From assembly GCA_951406725.2 (NCBI GenBank), contig OX597817.1:61256001-61320000 (forward strand): a DNA stretch of 64,000 bases. The letters are read 5' to 3'. Positions within the stretch are counted from its first letter, which is position 1. Each line of letters begins with the position of its first letter. A program made the translations under genes and the position numbers. Below the pieces are notes generated by a model. The model ran no database searches. It worked only from the letters and a program-made list of their open reading frames with translations, and was not told where the DNA came from. Below, piece after piece: positions 1 to 14,302 of this stretch. The DNA is from Octopus vulgaris (Eukaryota).

Positions 1-149
1 GAGTGCAGCCTCTTATATTATATTGCATCGTCAGCCGTTCATATATCCAAAAAAATAAGTATACTCTAAAACATGAGAGTAATAATTTATTTTTAGTAAG
101 TTAAATGTTATGCCCAGTCATAGAGTGACTATTGGTTTTGCACATATAA

Positions 150-2600
150 ATCGCTTGGCAATATAGGTGACTCGCCAGGCTCAAATGGCTGAAGGTGAAT
201 TACCTCTCTACAACTGGAGGAAGAAACAAGTAATGGTCAGTTGGTTTGTAAACAAAAAAAAAAATTGTCCATGATGCAGGCGGGGCGGGATCGTCCACCT
301 TACAACAACTTTGGCCTTGGCGAGCTTCGAAATAGTTGCCGTGAGTCTACAGAACGAATGGGAAATTCCAGGTTTGTAATATGAAACGTTTTAGATGAGG
401 GCACAGAGAGAATATTTATTTCCTGGAGTTTAAAAAAGTGCTCGTTGCTGACGACGGTTACTCCAAAGTCCCTAGAAGCGTTTGATAGTACGAAATCTTG
501 CTCGAAGGAAGAATGCATGATAGCTTAAGTGCAGCCTCTTTACCGAGGTGGATTAATTAAAATTTATTCGAGCTTAGCTGCATATTGTGTTGTTCTGCCC
601 ATCGAATAACAGCGAGCTGGTTCAATTGGAGATTAGTCCGATCTCCTACTCTGTCGACGGCCTTCAGAAGTTTAGAGTCGTCAGTGAAAATTCTAATGCA
701 GCTGTGTTTGATGACGTCAATGATGTCACTGATGTAAATAATACAGAGCACTGGGCCCAATACAGTACCTTGTGGGACTCCACTGGTGACTCTTGCCGAG
801 TTGGATCGAACACATTCTATCAACCACAAGCTGGGTTCTGTTCACCAGAAAATACTCAATCCACTTTAATAGTTTCCCTCAGACTTCATTGTTTGATAGT
901 TTCGGTAATGTGATGTTGTAGTCAGCCTCGTCGAAGACCTTACAGAAGTCAAGATTGATGGCATCTGCAATGGAGCCCCATACCATAGCCTTTAGGATAT
1001 TATGTTAAGTATTGTCGAAACCATGCTGGTTGGGAATAAGTAGGCTGTTACTTTCCAGGAAGGGAGTTATTTGAGATCTCAAATAATTTGATGATATGAG
1101 AAGTGAAATCGGTCGGTTTTCATTACCAGCGATTTGTGGCCCTTTTTGAAAACTAGGACACTCAATTGTGGCAGGAAATTTTCAGGAATATGGCTAGCAT
1201 CCAGTGACTTCTACCAGAGAAAAGGGAATGCTTGTTGATGCCATCTCTCCTTCAGGACTGGCGGGGAACTTGTCAGGGCCTGCGGCTAACAAATTTGTAA
1301 TTTTATTATTTTGTTAATAACTGCTACGATTTCTGAGGCATCAAATGATATTTCGGATAGGGTGTGCTTGGGGGTTGTTTCACCGATGCTGTCAAGGTTA
1401 ATCACGGTGAGATTGCGAAATGTGGGGCAGTATTGTTATTGTAGAATTTCAGCCATATCTTCTGCATCACTATGCAGAGTGCCATCGTCATCTTTTTGAT
1501 GCCCAATTGAGAAAATAGCGACTTTATGTCTTTTTTTTTTTTTGACGAATGAGAAGGAAACTTCGAAATTGACTTTTATTTTCTCACTGGCCCATTTATC
1601 TTCTGCTGTTTTTTGGTTGTCGATGAATGATAGCCTTCATGCAGCTTTCAGGAAAATGTTACTTTGATTCCAGTACTTTATATCTATCACGTGCAGGTGC
1701 TGCAACTGGAAGCAGTTTCGCCCGTTGATTTTTCGATTAATACTTTTTATTTTTCTTTGAAGTGCCCTTCTATTGGAGCCAGCGTTTAGCATTGCTCATG
1801 GACCATATCAGAATGATTTGGGAACACATGCTTGTGGAAATCTCCACTAGTAGCTTACAGGATGTATTGATGAAGCTTGGAGTGAGAGAAGGAGTGAAAG
1901 GCCTATCAGTAAGTGAAAGACCATGGGTGATTGTCTTCTCGTTTGCGTTGTGTAGATCCATGAAGCCAAAAGGATGGACTGGAACGAGATAATTCTGCAT
2001 CATTTTTGGATGCCAGGATCTCAAACTACAGAGTATCATATCGAAATTGGAAAGACGGTTTTCTTTTTTTACCACTGTAATATTATGGATAGCGTTAGTG
2101 TGGTTATGCAACACTAAGTCCAGTCTGTTTTGATGAATCTCGTTGACATTATTAGGAACAGGAAAAATTCGTTCATGAATTAGAAAAGGGATTTCACTGA
2201 TGCTTCGTCTGGTGTTGAAATACTCACATGTATCTTCTTCAAGGAGTGAGTAGATCAGATGACACAGGGAAAATTAAAGCCATCCATTATTAAAATATTA
2301 CCAGATTGGCACTGTTCAATGAAATGCTTGACATTCCTGAGACATTCTATGAAACACAGCTGCGGCGCTTGGGGTAAACTGTAGAGCCCAATTATTGCTA
2401 AATCATTTAGTTTTGTTATACACAGACATTGTGTACAATCATGAGGTTTCAGTTCGATCTTAATGCCTGGCAACTTGGACAAGTGTTTTTACCTATAACC
2501 ACAAGTTTCCACAAATCTTTCGATTAAATTTTGGTTTGACAAAAACTATAGACATCAATGAGCTGGATGGTACCTGAAACTCAAAGATCCATCGATTGTG
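150..2600 (-). mobile_element. Degenerate non-LTR retrotransposon (CR1/L2/Jockey-type ORF2: APE endonuclease + RT)
   Basis: Minus-strand ORF pieces: ARVTSGVPQGTVLGPVL..IYISDI..IRIFTDDSKL (RT PQG and YADD-like motifs, 557-829) and IIGLYSLPQ..NILIMDGFNFP (APE GDFN-like, 2255-2482); many stops and frameshifts. Confidence 0.85.
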
Positions 2601-2799
2601 TCATTCTGATCTTATTTAGGAATTATGTGGAAGGTGAGCATATCTGTAAAATGGTCAAACATTTCGGATTCTCTAATAGAGCGTCGAGGGGTGGGGCGAA
2701 GATCTGGAGAGTCATATGTAAACATGAACCAGAGAGTTTCGTCATATTCATTCACACACACGCAAATATATATACATACATATATACATGCATGTGTAT

Positions 2800-2837
<38 letters not shown>

Positions 2838-2908
2838 AGTACTTGGAGAATAAGAACGGAACGAAACGAACGAATCGAATCGAATCGACGCGAGGGCGCT
2901 GTCATACA

Positions 2909-3753
2909 ATAGTGTAATAAATAAAATATATGCATACATACATACATATATGTACGTACCTATATCTACATGTATATATACATGCATATATAAATATATA
3001 TACGTGAGTACAGGACACCACAACTAGACGTAGAACTCAACGAGAAACGAAAACGGAAAAACAAGCATGGAACAAACCATTTTTTTACAACAGAAAAACA
3101 GAGTACAAGACAAACTACACAAGGAAAAATCCCCTTCATCAGCTGTCCCTAGTTCAACTCTTTGTCACTGCCAGCCAAAACTACTTCCTTTTTACATTCG
3201 GCCTCCTAACTGTAAACACACTTTTTTTCCCTTGCGCTCGCCAGAATCTTCTCCGTCTAAGCCAGAAAAAGGCTTTTTCGTTTGTTTTCTTGTTTATTTT
3301 TTATTTCTCGTATTGTATTTTCTTGTTCATGTATTTTTATCTTGTATTTTATTTTGTATTTTTATTTGTATCGTTTTTATGCCCTGTTTGTGTTACATTT
3401 TTTCTTTCTTTGTTTTTATCCCTCTGCGAAGTAATTTTATTTTAATTCTCTCGCAGGAAGGGCTAGTTTGACGAGTCATGTTCTGTCCTACCTTCGAAAC
3501 ACGCTAGAGTTGAACTAGGGACAGCTGATGAAGGAGATTTTTCCTTGTGTAGTTTGTCTTGTACTCTGTTTTTCTGTTGTAAAAAAATTGGTTTGCTCCA
3601 TGCTTGTTTTTCCGTTTTCGTTTCTCGTTGAGTTCTACGTCTAGTTGTGGTGTCCTGTACTCACGTATATATAATTATATATGCATGTATATATACATGT
3701 AGATGTAGGTACGTACATATATGTATGTATGTATGCATATATTTTATTTATTA

Positions 3754-3759
<6 letters not shown>
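2909..3759. repeat. Long inverted repeat (arms ~2909-3161 and ~3506-3759, ~345-bp spacer) between (TA)n tracts; probable PLE-derived fold-back insert
   Basis: Arms are near-perfect reverse complements (gagtacaggacaccacaactagacg / cgtctagttgtggtgtcctgtactc); CTGATGA in both arms. Confidence 0.9.
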
Positions 3760-3830
<71 letters not shown>

Positions 3831-3835
3831 TATAC

Positions 3836-3870
<35 letters not shown>

Positions 3871-4942
3871 TGTATGTATGTATGTATGTATGTATGTATG
3901 TATGTGTGTGTGTGTGTATGCATGTTAGAATGTGCATGTATGTATGAATGTATGTAATGTATGTAAACTGAACTTTTACAAGAAGAGAGCTGACGTTGAC
4001 TTGAACGTTTCTGTTTGCCAGCGATCATCGGACTTGGGTTTCTTCGGTCTTTATATGATCGTTGATAAATTGCATTTTTTTTTTGTTCAGTAGGAGTATG
4101 CGGAGCTATGTCAAATAATAATAATCTGTGTGAGAGAGAGCGCGAAAGAGAGGAAAGCATAAAACCATTTGAGGTAATGACGTACATGAAGGCTTATTAA
4201 ACTGAAGCTACTCAACGACCCTGTCCAACTTGTTCAGTCACAACAAAGGCCAAACGTCAGCTCATTCGTTCTATTGTTGTTGAGTAGGACACTATGATGC
4301 ATCTGCTATTTAATCTCGATTTCAGGCTCTCATAAATTTGTCGGTCGAGGTTGACGCTATAATTTCGTATTTAATACAACACAGAATCAAAATTAATCAC
4401 TGGAATTTAGCAAAGTCATAACATTCTGACATGTCTGAAAATATCAGCGAGTAAAACTTTTTTTAAATTTTCAGAGTGTTGCAATTCAACCAAATAGAAA
4501 ACATTCCCTGCTGAAATAGTGTTACGTTACAAGAAAAAAGGACAAAAAAATAAGTCTAATAACAAAGGATTTCATATAAGGAAACAAATGAAAATAAGGA
4601 ATTGTTTACACTATTGTTTAAAAATTCTGAACTATTTGGGGTTTTTTCTGTCGTTGGTCGACGGTGTTGCAGAGGCAGTCGTTTAACCACATCTGCCGTC
4701 CTTAGAGTGTTTTCTGTAGCCTAATATCAAGTAAAGTCTCTACTTATGGACACACCTCGAAGGGAACATAAGTCAATAGGTTCGAAGCATCCACGGAGCC
4801 GCAGACGATTCCAGATATTAAGTACAACTGTGCATATCTGCTTTAAGAATCCTATCCACCGGATTTTCTGTAAGGGTTGGTCTTTCTTAATCACACTGAA
4901 CGCACAAATACGCAAAAATACACATATGCATACTCCTTACAC

Positions 4943-4984
<42 letters not shown>

Positions 4985-5008
4985 GCATATATGTATACTT
5001 ATACATAC

Positions 5009-5069
<61 letters not shown>

Positions 5070-5104
5070 TATATACATACATATGTATATATGTTTGTAC
5101 TGCC

Positions 5105-5700
5105 ACGCAGTATACATACAGCTAAAACAGTCTCAGTTCTTGTCGTTGATATATACTCATTACTTATTTTCTAAAATGCACCATAAATGTTCAATAATTT
5201 TTGGGGACTGTGGTGGCCAGATAAGATGTTCAACTTCACTTTTACTCAGTAACAACTTAGCAGTGGGAATTGTTTACTTGTTTCCAGAAACAGTCATTTG
5301 ACTGCGGCCATGTCTTCACTATTAATTCTGCCATGAAGGGAAACCACTGTGCCAACGGATTTCAAAGATATACCCTCCCACCCCAGATCATCACAGATCC
5401 TCCTCCATGTTCAACTGTTGGAAGAAGGCAGTGTAGATCAAACGCTTTTTTTGGCTGTCTCCATACATATACTCGGCTGGTGGTCGGAAATAAGGTAAAG
5501 AATGACTCGTCCGAGAAAATAACATTCTGCCACTGCTCTAGGGACCGATCCTGTACTTTTTACTCCACTCTAAACTCTTTGCAACGTTTGTTTTTGAAAG
5601 TAGTGGCTTTTTTATTGCAGCCCTCCCGTGAAATCCGGCTTTGTGGAGCTGCCGGCGAACAGTTTCTGTGGAAACTGGGTTCTCGAGGTGGTGATTAAGC
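5105..5700 (-). mobile_element. Tc1-family transposase relic
   Basis: Minus-strand translation gives ..FSDESF..VWRQPKKAFDLHCLLPTVEHGGGSVMIWGG.., the Tc1 'SDES' and 'PTVKHGGGSVMVWG' motifs. Confidence 0.8.
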
Positions 5701-5707
5701 TCTGCAG

Positions 5708-5762
<55 letters not shown>

Positions 5763-5956
5763 TATGCGACGTAGATATATGTACATATACACGAACGTAC
5801 ACATATACATACACACGCATTCAAGACAGGCTTCTTTCAGTTTCCTCCTATCAAATCAACTGACAACACTTTGGTCGGACAGAGGCTATACTATGTGCCA
5901 CACAGCGGGACTGAACCCAGAACCATGTGGTTGGGAAGCAAATTTCTTACTGCTTA

Positions 5957-6058
<102 letters not shown>

Positions 6059-6676
6059 TATATATATATATATCATAAACGTATGCACGAGAGGACGAGG
6101 ATCAAAAGGAAGATGCATACGCTTATCTTTAACACACTAAATTGTACAAAACATTCACTACACTCGCTGGTGAACTTGGTCATGGAGACAAAAATGTTTT
6201 CTGCTCTAGGCATTGTAGGGAAAAACATATCCAGCCGAGCATTCTAAAACATTTAAGCAGACCACCATCGAAGGTGTTTTGGTGTAAATTTGCCTCTTCA
6301 CTAGCAGATACACAGCATAGTGATTTGAAATTATGCCATAACTTTAGTTGTTCCTATATATAGAAAGCAGCAAGCATTAGTTTGATTTAAATACATTTAT
6401 TGAAATGTTTACTGGAATCTAGTATAAATACACTAAGCAGCGAGGAACAAGATATGGTTGTATACATTTATTTGTAACACGTTCTGTAAGCTAAACGTAA
6501 ACGCAAAATGCATTCGCTAAGATATTTTACTTTGAGAAAAATCTTCTCCTTAAGTAAAGAAAAGCACGTCGAACCAAGTTACAAGTGACGTCAGTCAACG
6601 GACTATGTTTGCGTGTGAGTGTGTGTGCATGTATATGGATACATAAGCAGTTACGTATCCATTTTGTATGTGTATG

Positions 6677-6762
<86 letters not shown>

Positions 6763-6766
6763 CATA

Positions 6767-6828
<62 letters not shown>

Positions 6829-6835
6829 CACAAAT

Positions 6836-6895
<60 letters not shown>

Positions 6896-7828
6896 ATATA
6901 TATGTATATATGTGTGAGTGTTTATATATCTGTATATATATATATTATACACGCGCATGCGTATGTGTGTGTGTGTGAATGCAATGAATGCGTCCCCCGC
7001 TCCTGCCTCTCCCCCCAAAAAAATAACTGGGAAGCTATTAATATATATATATTCATCAAGAGTTCCTCTTATATAATTAGTCCATCATTCATTAATAAGA
7101 AATGCATTCTCCCGAAACTGGTTGCCTCTCTTCTTTCCTTCTTCTTTCTTTCCTTTATTCTTTGTTGCTTTCTTTCTTTTGTTGTTTTCTTTCTTTTCTG
7201 TCTTCCTCTCAAATTAGACTCACTTCTTTGTCTCAATTTATACACAAATACATCTTGCCAATCTACACAGAAATAATGCACACACTCTCACGCGCAACAT
7301 ACACATACGCGCGCGTGTAAACATCCACACATTGGTATTTATGTGTGTGTGAATATATTTACATACAAACGTACGCACATACGCATGCATGTATGACTGT
7401 ATGCATGACTACACGCACGCTTGCGCGCACACCAGATGTGTCTCTGAAGCTTTGAGTCTTTTTCCAGAAAGGCACTTATAACTACCGTAGACACTATTGT
7501 AAATTCGGTATTGCATTGCTATACATCGAATAAGCTGACCTGCCAAACTTTTGGTTTCCCAGATTGAGGAAGACGGTGTCTAACAGCACTTTGACCATAC
7601 CATACTAAACACTGCTTTTTACAGCTGGCTCCTTTGAAGAACGCAGTCGGGATTGAAAAGAACTTAGAAGCTCGCTTTGCAATAAACAGAGAAAAACGTT
7701 ACAGAAACTTATGAACTGCTCCAGACTGGTCATGCATGAACTTGTATTAGCTGAGCATCTAATTTACGCTGACAGAGAAGGCCAGGCCAAACAAATTCAG
7801 CGAGAAGTTCATGATAAACCCCTTTTGC

Positions 7829-7851
7829 GGCAAAAAAAATTTTGTAGAATT

Positions 7852-7915
<64 letters not shown>

Positions 7916-8660
7916 TATAATTTCCAGTTGTTTCCCGCTATATTTATATATAGTAGCGGGACCCGGGAATATTTCACGGAATTAATGGTAAACTTATTGT
8001 CTGAAAACGTTATCCCCAAATCCTCAAAGCGTAGCCTGTGTTGCATCTGTGTGGGAAAACAGTCGCTCATCTGTAACTCATTGGAAATGTAAGATAATGG
8101 AATGCGTTGGTCAGTTAATGTTCTTTATATAATTTATGCACAATCTTATAGACTTAATACGCAGCAATCATAAAATAAATATTGTTATTTTCCCCATAAA
8201 CAAAAAAACATATCATTGTATTTCGGGACGGTCATTTTTTTAATTTTTGTTCAATAAACACACGCACTATATATTTATTCTGCACTCGTTTATTTCTGTT
8301 CTTATTCTAACTCATGTCCATTGTCCAGAAATCTTTCGTCACACGTCAAAAAAAATATCGCCGTACATATGATACAACTTTTAGTTAAATTGCACATATA
8401 TAAATAAACGTGAATGTTTCACGGAATTGCTCTTATACGCATGCGTTAAGTGATAGATGATATAAAAAACTAAGTTCACTTTTCACTATTCATTCACTAC
8501 CGCCATCTCACCACCACCATCACCACCATCACTACCACCACCACCACCACCACAATCATCATCTCTCTCTCCTTCATTTCTCTCTGCCTCTCTCTCTCCC
8601 TCTGCATTTAACCTCACCATAAAAGCATCAGCCCTCTACTAAAATTGTATTTATAACTCT
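7829..8660 (+). repeat. Copy 1 of ~830-bp direct duplication
   Basis: Nearly identical to 10250-11079, from ggcaaaaaaaattttgtagaattc to ttataactct. Confidence 0.95.
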
Positions 8661-9130
8661 ACATCCATTGGGCACTCTCTGGCCTGACGCTCTACAAAGA
8701 AGATTTTGAAGGAGTTTAGGAAGAGATTTAGTCGCAAACAGCCAGTGTACCTGTACCAAGACAATGAACCAGTCCAAAATCCCATCTTGGTAACCAACTA
8801 CTTGACAGCGATGAGAATCAAAACTCCCCACCCCCCTGCAGTCCTCAAGCAGAAGGAAGACCTCAGGAGAAGTCGTTTTAATGACATTGAGAAGATGAAG
8901 AAGGAAGCTGTAACAAGTATTCTGGACACCTTTACTTTGGAGACTGGAGAGCTTCACGAAGACTTGGGACCTATTTGAGACTTTGGAACCTTCACAAAGT
9001 GGTTAGAGCGTTACCACAATTGCATAGAAGACAGAGGATCCGACTTTGAAGGCGATTAGAGTTTGTACTTCTTTGGAATTAATAATTGTCTCTCCTGAAA
9101 AAGTCTCAAGGCTTCTGGAATGCCCCTTGT
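8661..9130 (+). mobile_element. mariner transposase 3' fragment
   Basis: ..DLRRSRFNDIEKMKKEAVTSILDTF.. followed in another frame by WLERYHNCIEDRGSDFEGD*, a typical mariner C-terminus. Confidence 0.7.
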
Positions 9131-9214
9131 GTACACCCTCAGCGCCGGTACTTAAGGTGAAGCACCAAGTCAATCCGGTATTATCCGCACTACTCGAAGT
9201 AAGGTGAATAAAAT

Positions 9215-9785
9215 AAAAATAAGCAACAGGATATCAAGTAATAATACAGCGCGACCGTTTCAAGCGACTCCATTTACATGAACAATTACATCAATTTAAA
9301 TGCAGTACTATCTTCAGCTGCACAGTATATCGAAGTTCTTAACAAGTAGGACACATTAATATAATTTTTCTGAAATATTTTAACGGAGTACGAAGATTGA
9401 GGAAATTCATGTTATCGCTATTGTAGCAGAGTGGCTAAGAATAGACTACAATTTCTTAGAATCGCATGGAGCATAGTTGGGTCATAGAATTATAAGGGTT
9501 GTAATTCATTTCTAATTTATTTGTCTCTTTATCATCTATTAAATCTGAGACTAGAAGACTGTCTATTTTGAATGAAGAACAAGAGTGAGTTGACAGCTCA
9601 TGGCTGTTAAAATATTTAAGAAAAATTATATCAATGTGTCCTACTTGTTAAAATAAAACTCTATATTTTGTGCAGCTGACGATAGCCCTGCATTTAAATT
9701 GATGTAATGATTGTATTGTTCAATTAAATGGAGCCGTTTGAGACAGTCGTACTGCATTACTACTTGATATTCTGTTGCTTATTTC

Positions 9786-9787
<2 letters not shown>
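9215..9787. repeat. Diverged inverted repeat (arms ~9215-9385 and ~9605-9787) carrying hammerhead-like cores
   Basis: aataagcaacaggatatcaagta.. versus ..tacttgatattctgttgcttatt; abuts (TA)n at 9788. Confidence 0.85.
9671..9756 (+). ncRNA. Degenerate type I hammerhead ribozyme with long stem II insert
   Basis: tgcag-CTGACGA-(~57 nt)-GAGAC-AGTC-GTA-ctgca. Stem I tgcag/ctgca pairs; GAAA is mutated to GAGA here but intact in the other arm (minus strand, 9245-9322). Confidence 0.55.
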
Positions 9788-9850
<63 letters not shown>

Positions 9851-10249
9851 ACAATAAAGGAACGGCCATAATAGGCCATTCACCCACTAGAAATAACAGC
9901 CAAAGCTTCAACCGCAAATAAAAGTTAATTCAGTAAACCAGGAGAAAATTTAAAACACATTTACCCTGTAATTTCTCATACGATATACCGTTTCATCTGC
10001 TGATTAATGGTCAACTAACCTGATTAAATTAAATCAAGCCAATCCACAGGCCCTCAGATTCTTCAGTAAGAAATAGCCCAAGACGGAACAGATATTTTCA
10101 CGAGGCATTTCCGACGTTGCCAAGTTAATATCTGACCTAAAATTTTCAAATCGTCGCACTCGCGCCAAATTTATCGGCAGCAAATAAATATAAGCCGTCG
10201 ATTCCATTACGGAATTAACCAGAAAATTCATAATTAATCAATATAGGAT

Positions 10250-10269
10250 GGCAAAAAAAATTTTGTAGA

Positions 10270-10337
<68 letters not shown>

Positions 10338-11079
10338 TATAACGTTGTTTCCCGCTATATTTATATATAGTAGCGGGACCCGGGAATATTTTACGGAATT
10401 AATGGTAAACTTATTGTCTGAAAACGTTATCCCCAAATCCTCAAAGCGTAGCCTGTGTTGCATCTGTGTGGGAAAAACAGTCGCTCATCTGTAACTCATT
10501 GGAAATGTAAGATAATGGAATGCGTTGGTCAGTTAATGTTCTTTATATAATTTATGCACAATCTTATAAACTTAATACGCAGCAATCATAAAATAAATAT
10601 TGTTATTTTCCCATAAACAAAAAAACATATCATTGTATTTCGGGACGGTCATTTTTTTTTTATTTTTGTTCAATAAACACACGCACTATATATTTATTCT
10701 GCACTCGTTTATTTCTGTTCTTATTCTAACTCATGTCCATTGTCCAGAAATCTTTCGTCACACGTCAAAAAAAATATCGCCGTACATATGATGCAACTTT
10801 TAGTTAAATTGCACATATATAAATAAACGTGAATGTTTCACGGAATTGCTCTTATACGCATGCGTTAAGTGATAGATGATATAAAAAACTAAGTTCACTT
10901 TTCACTATTCATTCACTACCGCCATCTCACCACCACCATCACCACCATTCATCACCACCACCACCACCACAATCATCATCTCTCTCTCTCCTTCATTTCT
11001 CTCTGCCTCTCTCTCTCCCTCTGCATTTAACCTCACCATAAAAGCATCAGCCCTCTACTAAAATTGTATTTATAACTCT
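10250..11079 (+). repeat. Copy 2 of ~830-bp direct duplication
   Basis: Nearly identical to 7829-8660. Confidence 0.95.
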
Positions 11080-11269
11080 CCTCTTCTATATCACTACCTT
11101 CAAATAACTTTTTTAATCACATAATAAATATTACCTCGCGACATGGACGCCTCTCTCTCCCTCTTTTTCTCTCTCCGTCTGTTTATGTCTTCTTTTCTTT
11201 CTCCCTCTCCTTTTCTAATCACGTGAAAGCGTCACCGACGGGCTGAGTAACGCAATGACAAGCAGAATC

Positions 11270-11324
<55 letters not shown>

Positions 11325-12032
11325 GACACACACACACACATTAACATTGAGCGGATGGGACGCAGAGGCATCTCTACTGCTACTACTATGGCTGCTGCTG
11401 CCGCTGCTGTCACAAGATTGCCTGATATTTTGCCTCTCTTTGGGGTGAAAACGGTAGGGCAAGAAATAGATTAATTGAAGAAAGGTTGAATCTGCGACAG
11501 GGTTTCAGTTTTTCATCTGAAAAGTATTTTTATTCAATTTCATTTCTAAAACTAAACGGGAAAACAACACAAATGCCAAAACTTTATTTTTACCCCAATT
11601 GAAATTTTTCATTTTCCTGTTGAAATTTCAAGAACTATGATCTATCTAAAGAAACTTATATGTTGATAAACATTGTGACGAGTGTAGGAAAGTAAGAAAT
11701 AGATTAAGCGTATGTGTGTGTGCAGATTAACGATATGTGTGTGTGTGTAGTGAATAAGACGTTGGAGTTATTTTAGTCCAGCTGTGAAAATGGAAATGCG
11801 GTCATTCGATCGAGAAACCCTATCGTTCGGCTGTTGTCTTTAATGCCTCTCTTTTTCATTCATAACGTTACTAATATGTCTGAATGTTTTGTGTTGCCAG
11901 GATGTTTATGCAAAAGAAACAGATAAGTAAACATATTTGAAATAACAAAATATACAACACCCGCATACGCCATATTGCCTTAGTAGGTGTCTGTGTGTCG
12001 GTGTAGTTCGGAGCAGATATTAAGTTGTTTGC

Positions 12033-12110
<78 letters not shown>

Positions 12111-12232
12111 ATGTATGTATGTATGTATGTATGCATGTATGTATGCTTGTATGTATATATGTATATATATATATATATATAAATATATACATACGCACAC
12201 ATATGTATATACATACACACACACACACACAC

Positions 12233-12266
<34 letters not shown>

Positions 12267-12267
12267 A

Positions 12268-13084
12268 TACAGGATGTGATGGTTAAATTGTCATCGCTTT
12301 ATATTTTTAATTTTGGGCAAGCACATTGTTTGTTTTTGCTTTTGTCAACAACACAGTATAGCAGGGTCTGTCGGGCACCATCTGTGAGAAAAACAGTACC
12401 ATGACGCAATTTACTCTGCCAGAAATTTTGGAAATGACATGTTGTACTGCTTGGCATTCGCGCGAGAAGCTCCAAGTGTTTGGGTGTCAATCTGAGGACA
12501 TGTACCGAGAGTGATAAAAATCAAACATCCACTCAAAATCATGGTGTTTGCGGTGACCACTACTGATGGCGACGTTATACCTCCATTCATCTTCCCACAC
12601 GGCCTCACACTCATAGGCCTACATCAAGTGCCTCGAGGAGGTAGTGCTGCCCTGGGTCAAGAGGATGGCTGCTGGAAGACCCTATGTCTGGCAACAGGGC
12701 TCTGCACCATGTTACACAAGCAGGAGAACTCAGTCATGGATGTCAGACAATTTCTACGACCACATCACCCCTAACATCTGGTCACCTAACTCTCCAGACT
12801 GCAACCCCCCTGATTATTATGTGTCGGGTGCAGTTGAGCGGGAGACCAACAAAATTTCTTGTAGCACCAAAGATGAACTGAAGGCAAGGAGTTATGGCAG
12901 CATTCACCCACTTAAGCAAGGAGACCGTCCAGAAGAGTTGCAGAAGATTCCGAAGTCGTCTGGTAAATATACTCTTTGGTAAATATATTTTAAATATATT
13001 TGGTAAATATATGTTAAAACGAGATGTCAGTGCTATCTTCATTTTTGTGTAATTTAGACGACAGTTTATTCACCGCACCCTGCA
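12268..13084 (+). mobile_element. Internally deleted Tc1/mariner-superfamily element (DD37D/maT-like) with degenerate TIRs
   Basis: IKHPLKIMVFAV..DGDVIPPFIF; PYVWQQGSAPCYTSRRTQSW..WSPNSPDCNPPDYYV.GAVE; ends tacaggatgtgatggttaaattgtc / gacagtttattcaccgcaccctgca, set in TA-rich tracts. Confidence 0.85.
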
Positions 13085-13088
13085 TATA

Positions 13089-13184
<96 letters not shown>

Positions 13185-13327
13185 GATACAAATAATATAT
13201 ACATATATATGCACGTATACATACATATATGTACATACTGACATATATATCTATATATATTTATATATATATATATATGTGTGTGCGTGTATTTATTTAT
13301 ATGTATACGTATATATATATATCTGTG

Positions 13328-13370
<43 letters not shown>

Positions 13371-13398
13371 TCAAAATAAGCAACAAGAATGACTCTGG

Positions 13399-13490
13399 TA
13401 ATTTGGTACAATTGTTTCGCACTACATCATTTTATTAAAAGTTGTAAGTATTACAACAGATTTAAGATGCTGTGTGCTCATCAGCCAATT
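13399..13490 (-). ncRNA. Type I hammerhead ribozyme (intact core, extended stem II)
   Basis: Minus strand: aattgg-CTGATGA-GCAC..(~50 nt)..GTGC-GAAAC-AATT-GTA-ccaaatt. Stem I ttgg/ccaa, stem II GCAC/GTGC, palindromic stem III ACAATTGT, GUA cleavage triplet. Confidence 0.8.
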
Positions 13491-14211
13491 AAATAGGTTT
13501 TCCATTAATATAAAAGCTTTCAAATCAAGTAGCAACATTATAGAGAAGGTAGATATACAGACAACGATGTAGATTTAAATTTTAAGAACATATGAGGTAG
13601 TGAAGTCCAACCACTGACTGACCCAGCTATGACTGTATTTAACTGCTATAAGGTTAGAAGTAATAAAGATTTTTGAGTTGTAGGAATGGGGTAAAGGAGG
13701 TTTCAGAATACCATAAAAGGAATTCAAGTTGAAGACAGTAGTTGTCACTAACAAAATGCCAATTACTGCTATTTGGTGAGAGAAACTAGGTCAATGTCAA
13801 ATGGTCATTAATCCCCTTTAAAGAGAGTAGGGAAAACCTATCACTTATTATTATGAGTAGGCATAGTATTTTATAACTGGGGGAGAGCCTTATTAATGAC
13901 CATTTGACATTGACCTAGTTTCTCTCACAAAATAGCAGTAATTGGCATTTTGTTAGTGGCAACTACTGTCTTCAACATGAATTCCTTTTCTGGTATTCTG
14001 AAACCTCCTTTACCCATTCCTACAACTCAAAAATCTTTATTACTTCTAACCTTATAGCAGTTAAATACAGTCATAGCTGGGTCAGTCAGTGGTTGGACTT
14101 CACTACCTCATATGTTCTTAAATTTAAATCTACATCTTTGTCTGTATATCTACCTTCTCTATAATGTTGCTACTTGATTTGAAAGCTTTTATATTAATGG
14201 AAAACCTATTT

Positions 14212-14302
14212 AATTGGCTGATGAGCCCTTAGCATCTTAAATATGTTGTAATACTTACAACTTTTAATAAAATGATGTAGTGCGAAATAATTGTACCAAA
14301 TT
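14212..14302 (+). ncRNA. Hammerhead ribozyme, mirror copy with point mutations
   Basis: aattgg-CTGATGA(14218-24)-gccc..gtgc-GAAAT-AATT-GTA-ccaaatt; C15.2->T and one stem II mismatch. Confidence 0.6.

Noticed and set aside
7829-11079. LTR retrotransposon defined by the two 830-bp repeats
   Set aside because: No TG..CA termini, PBS, PPT or gag/pol; the repeats contain microsatellites.
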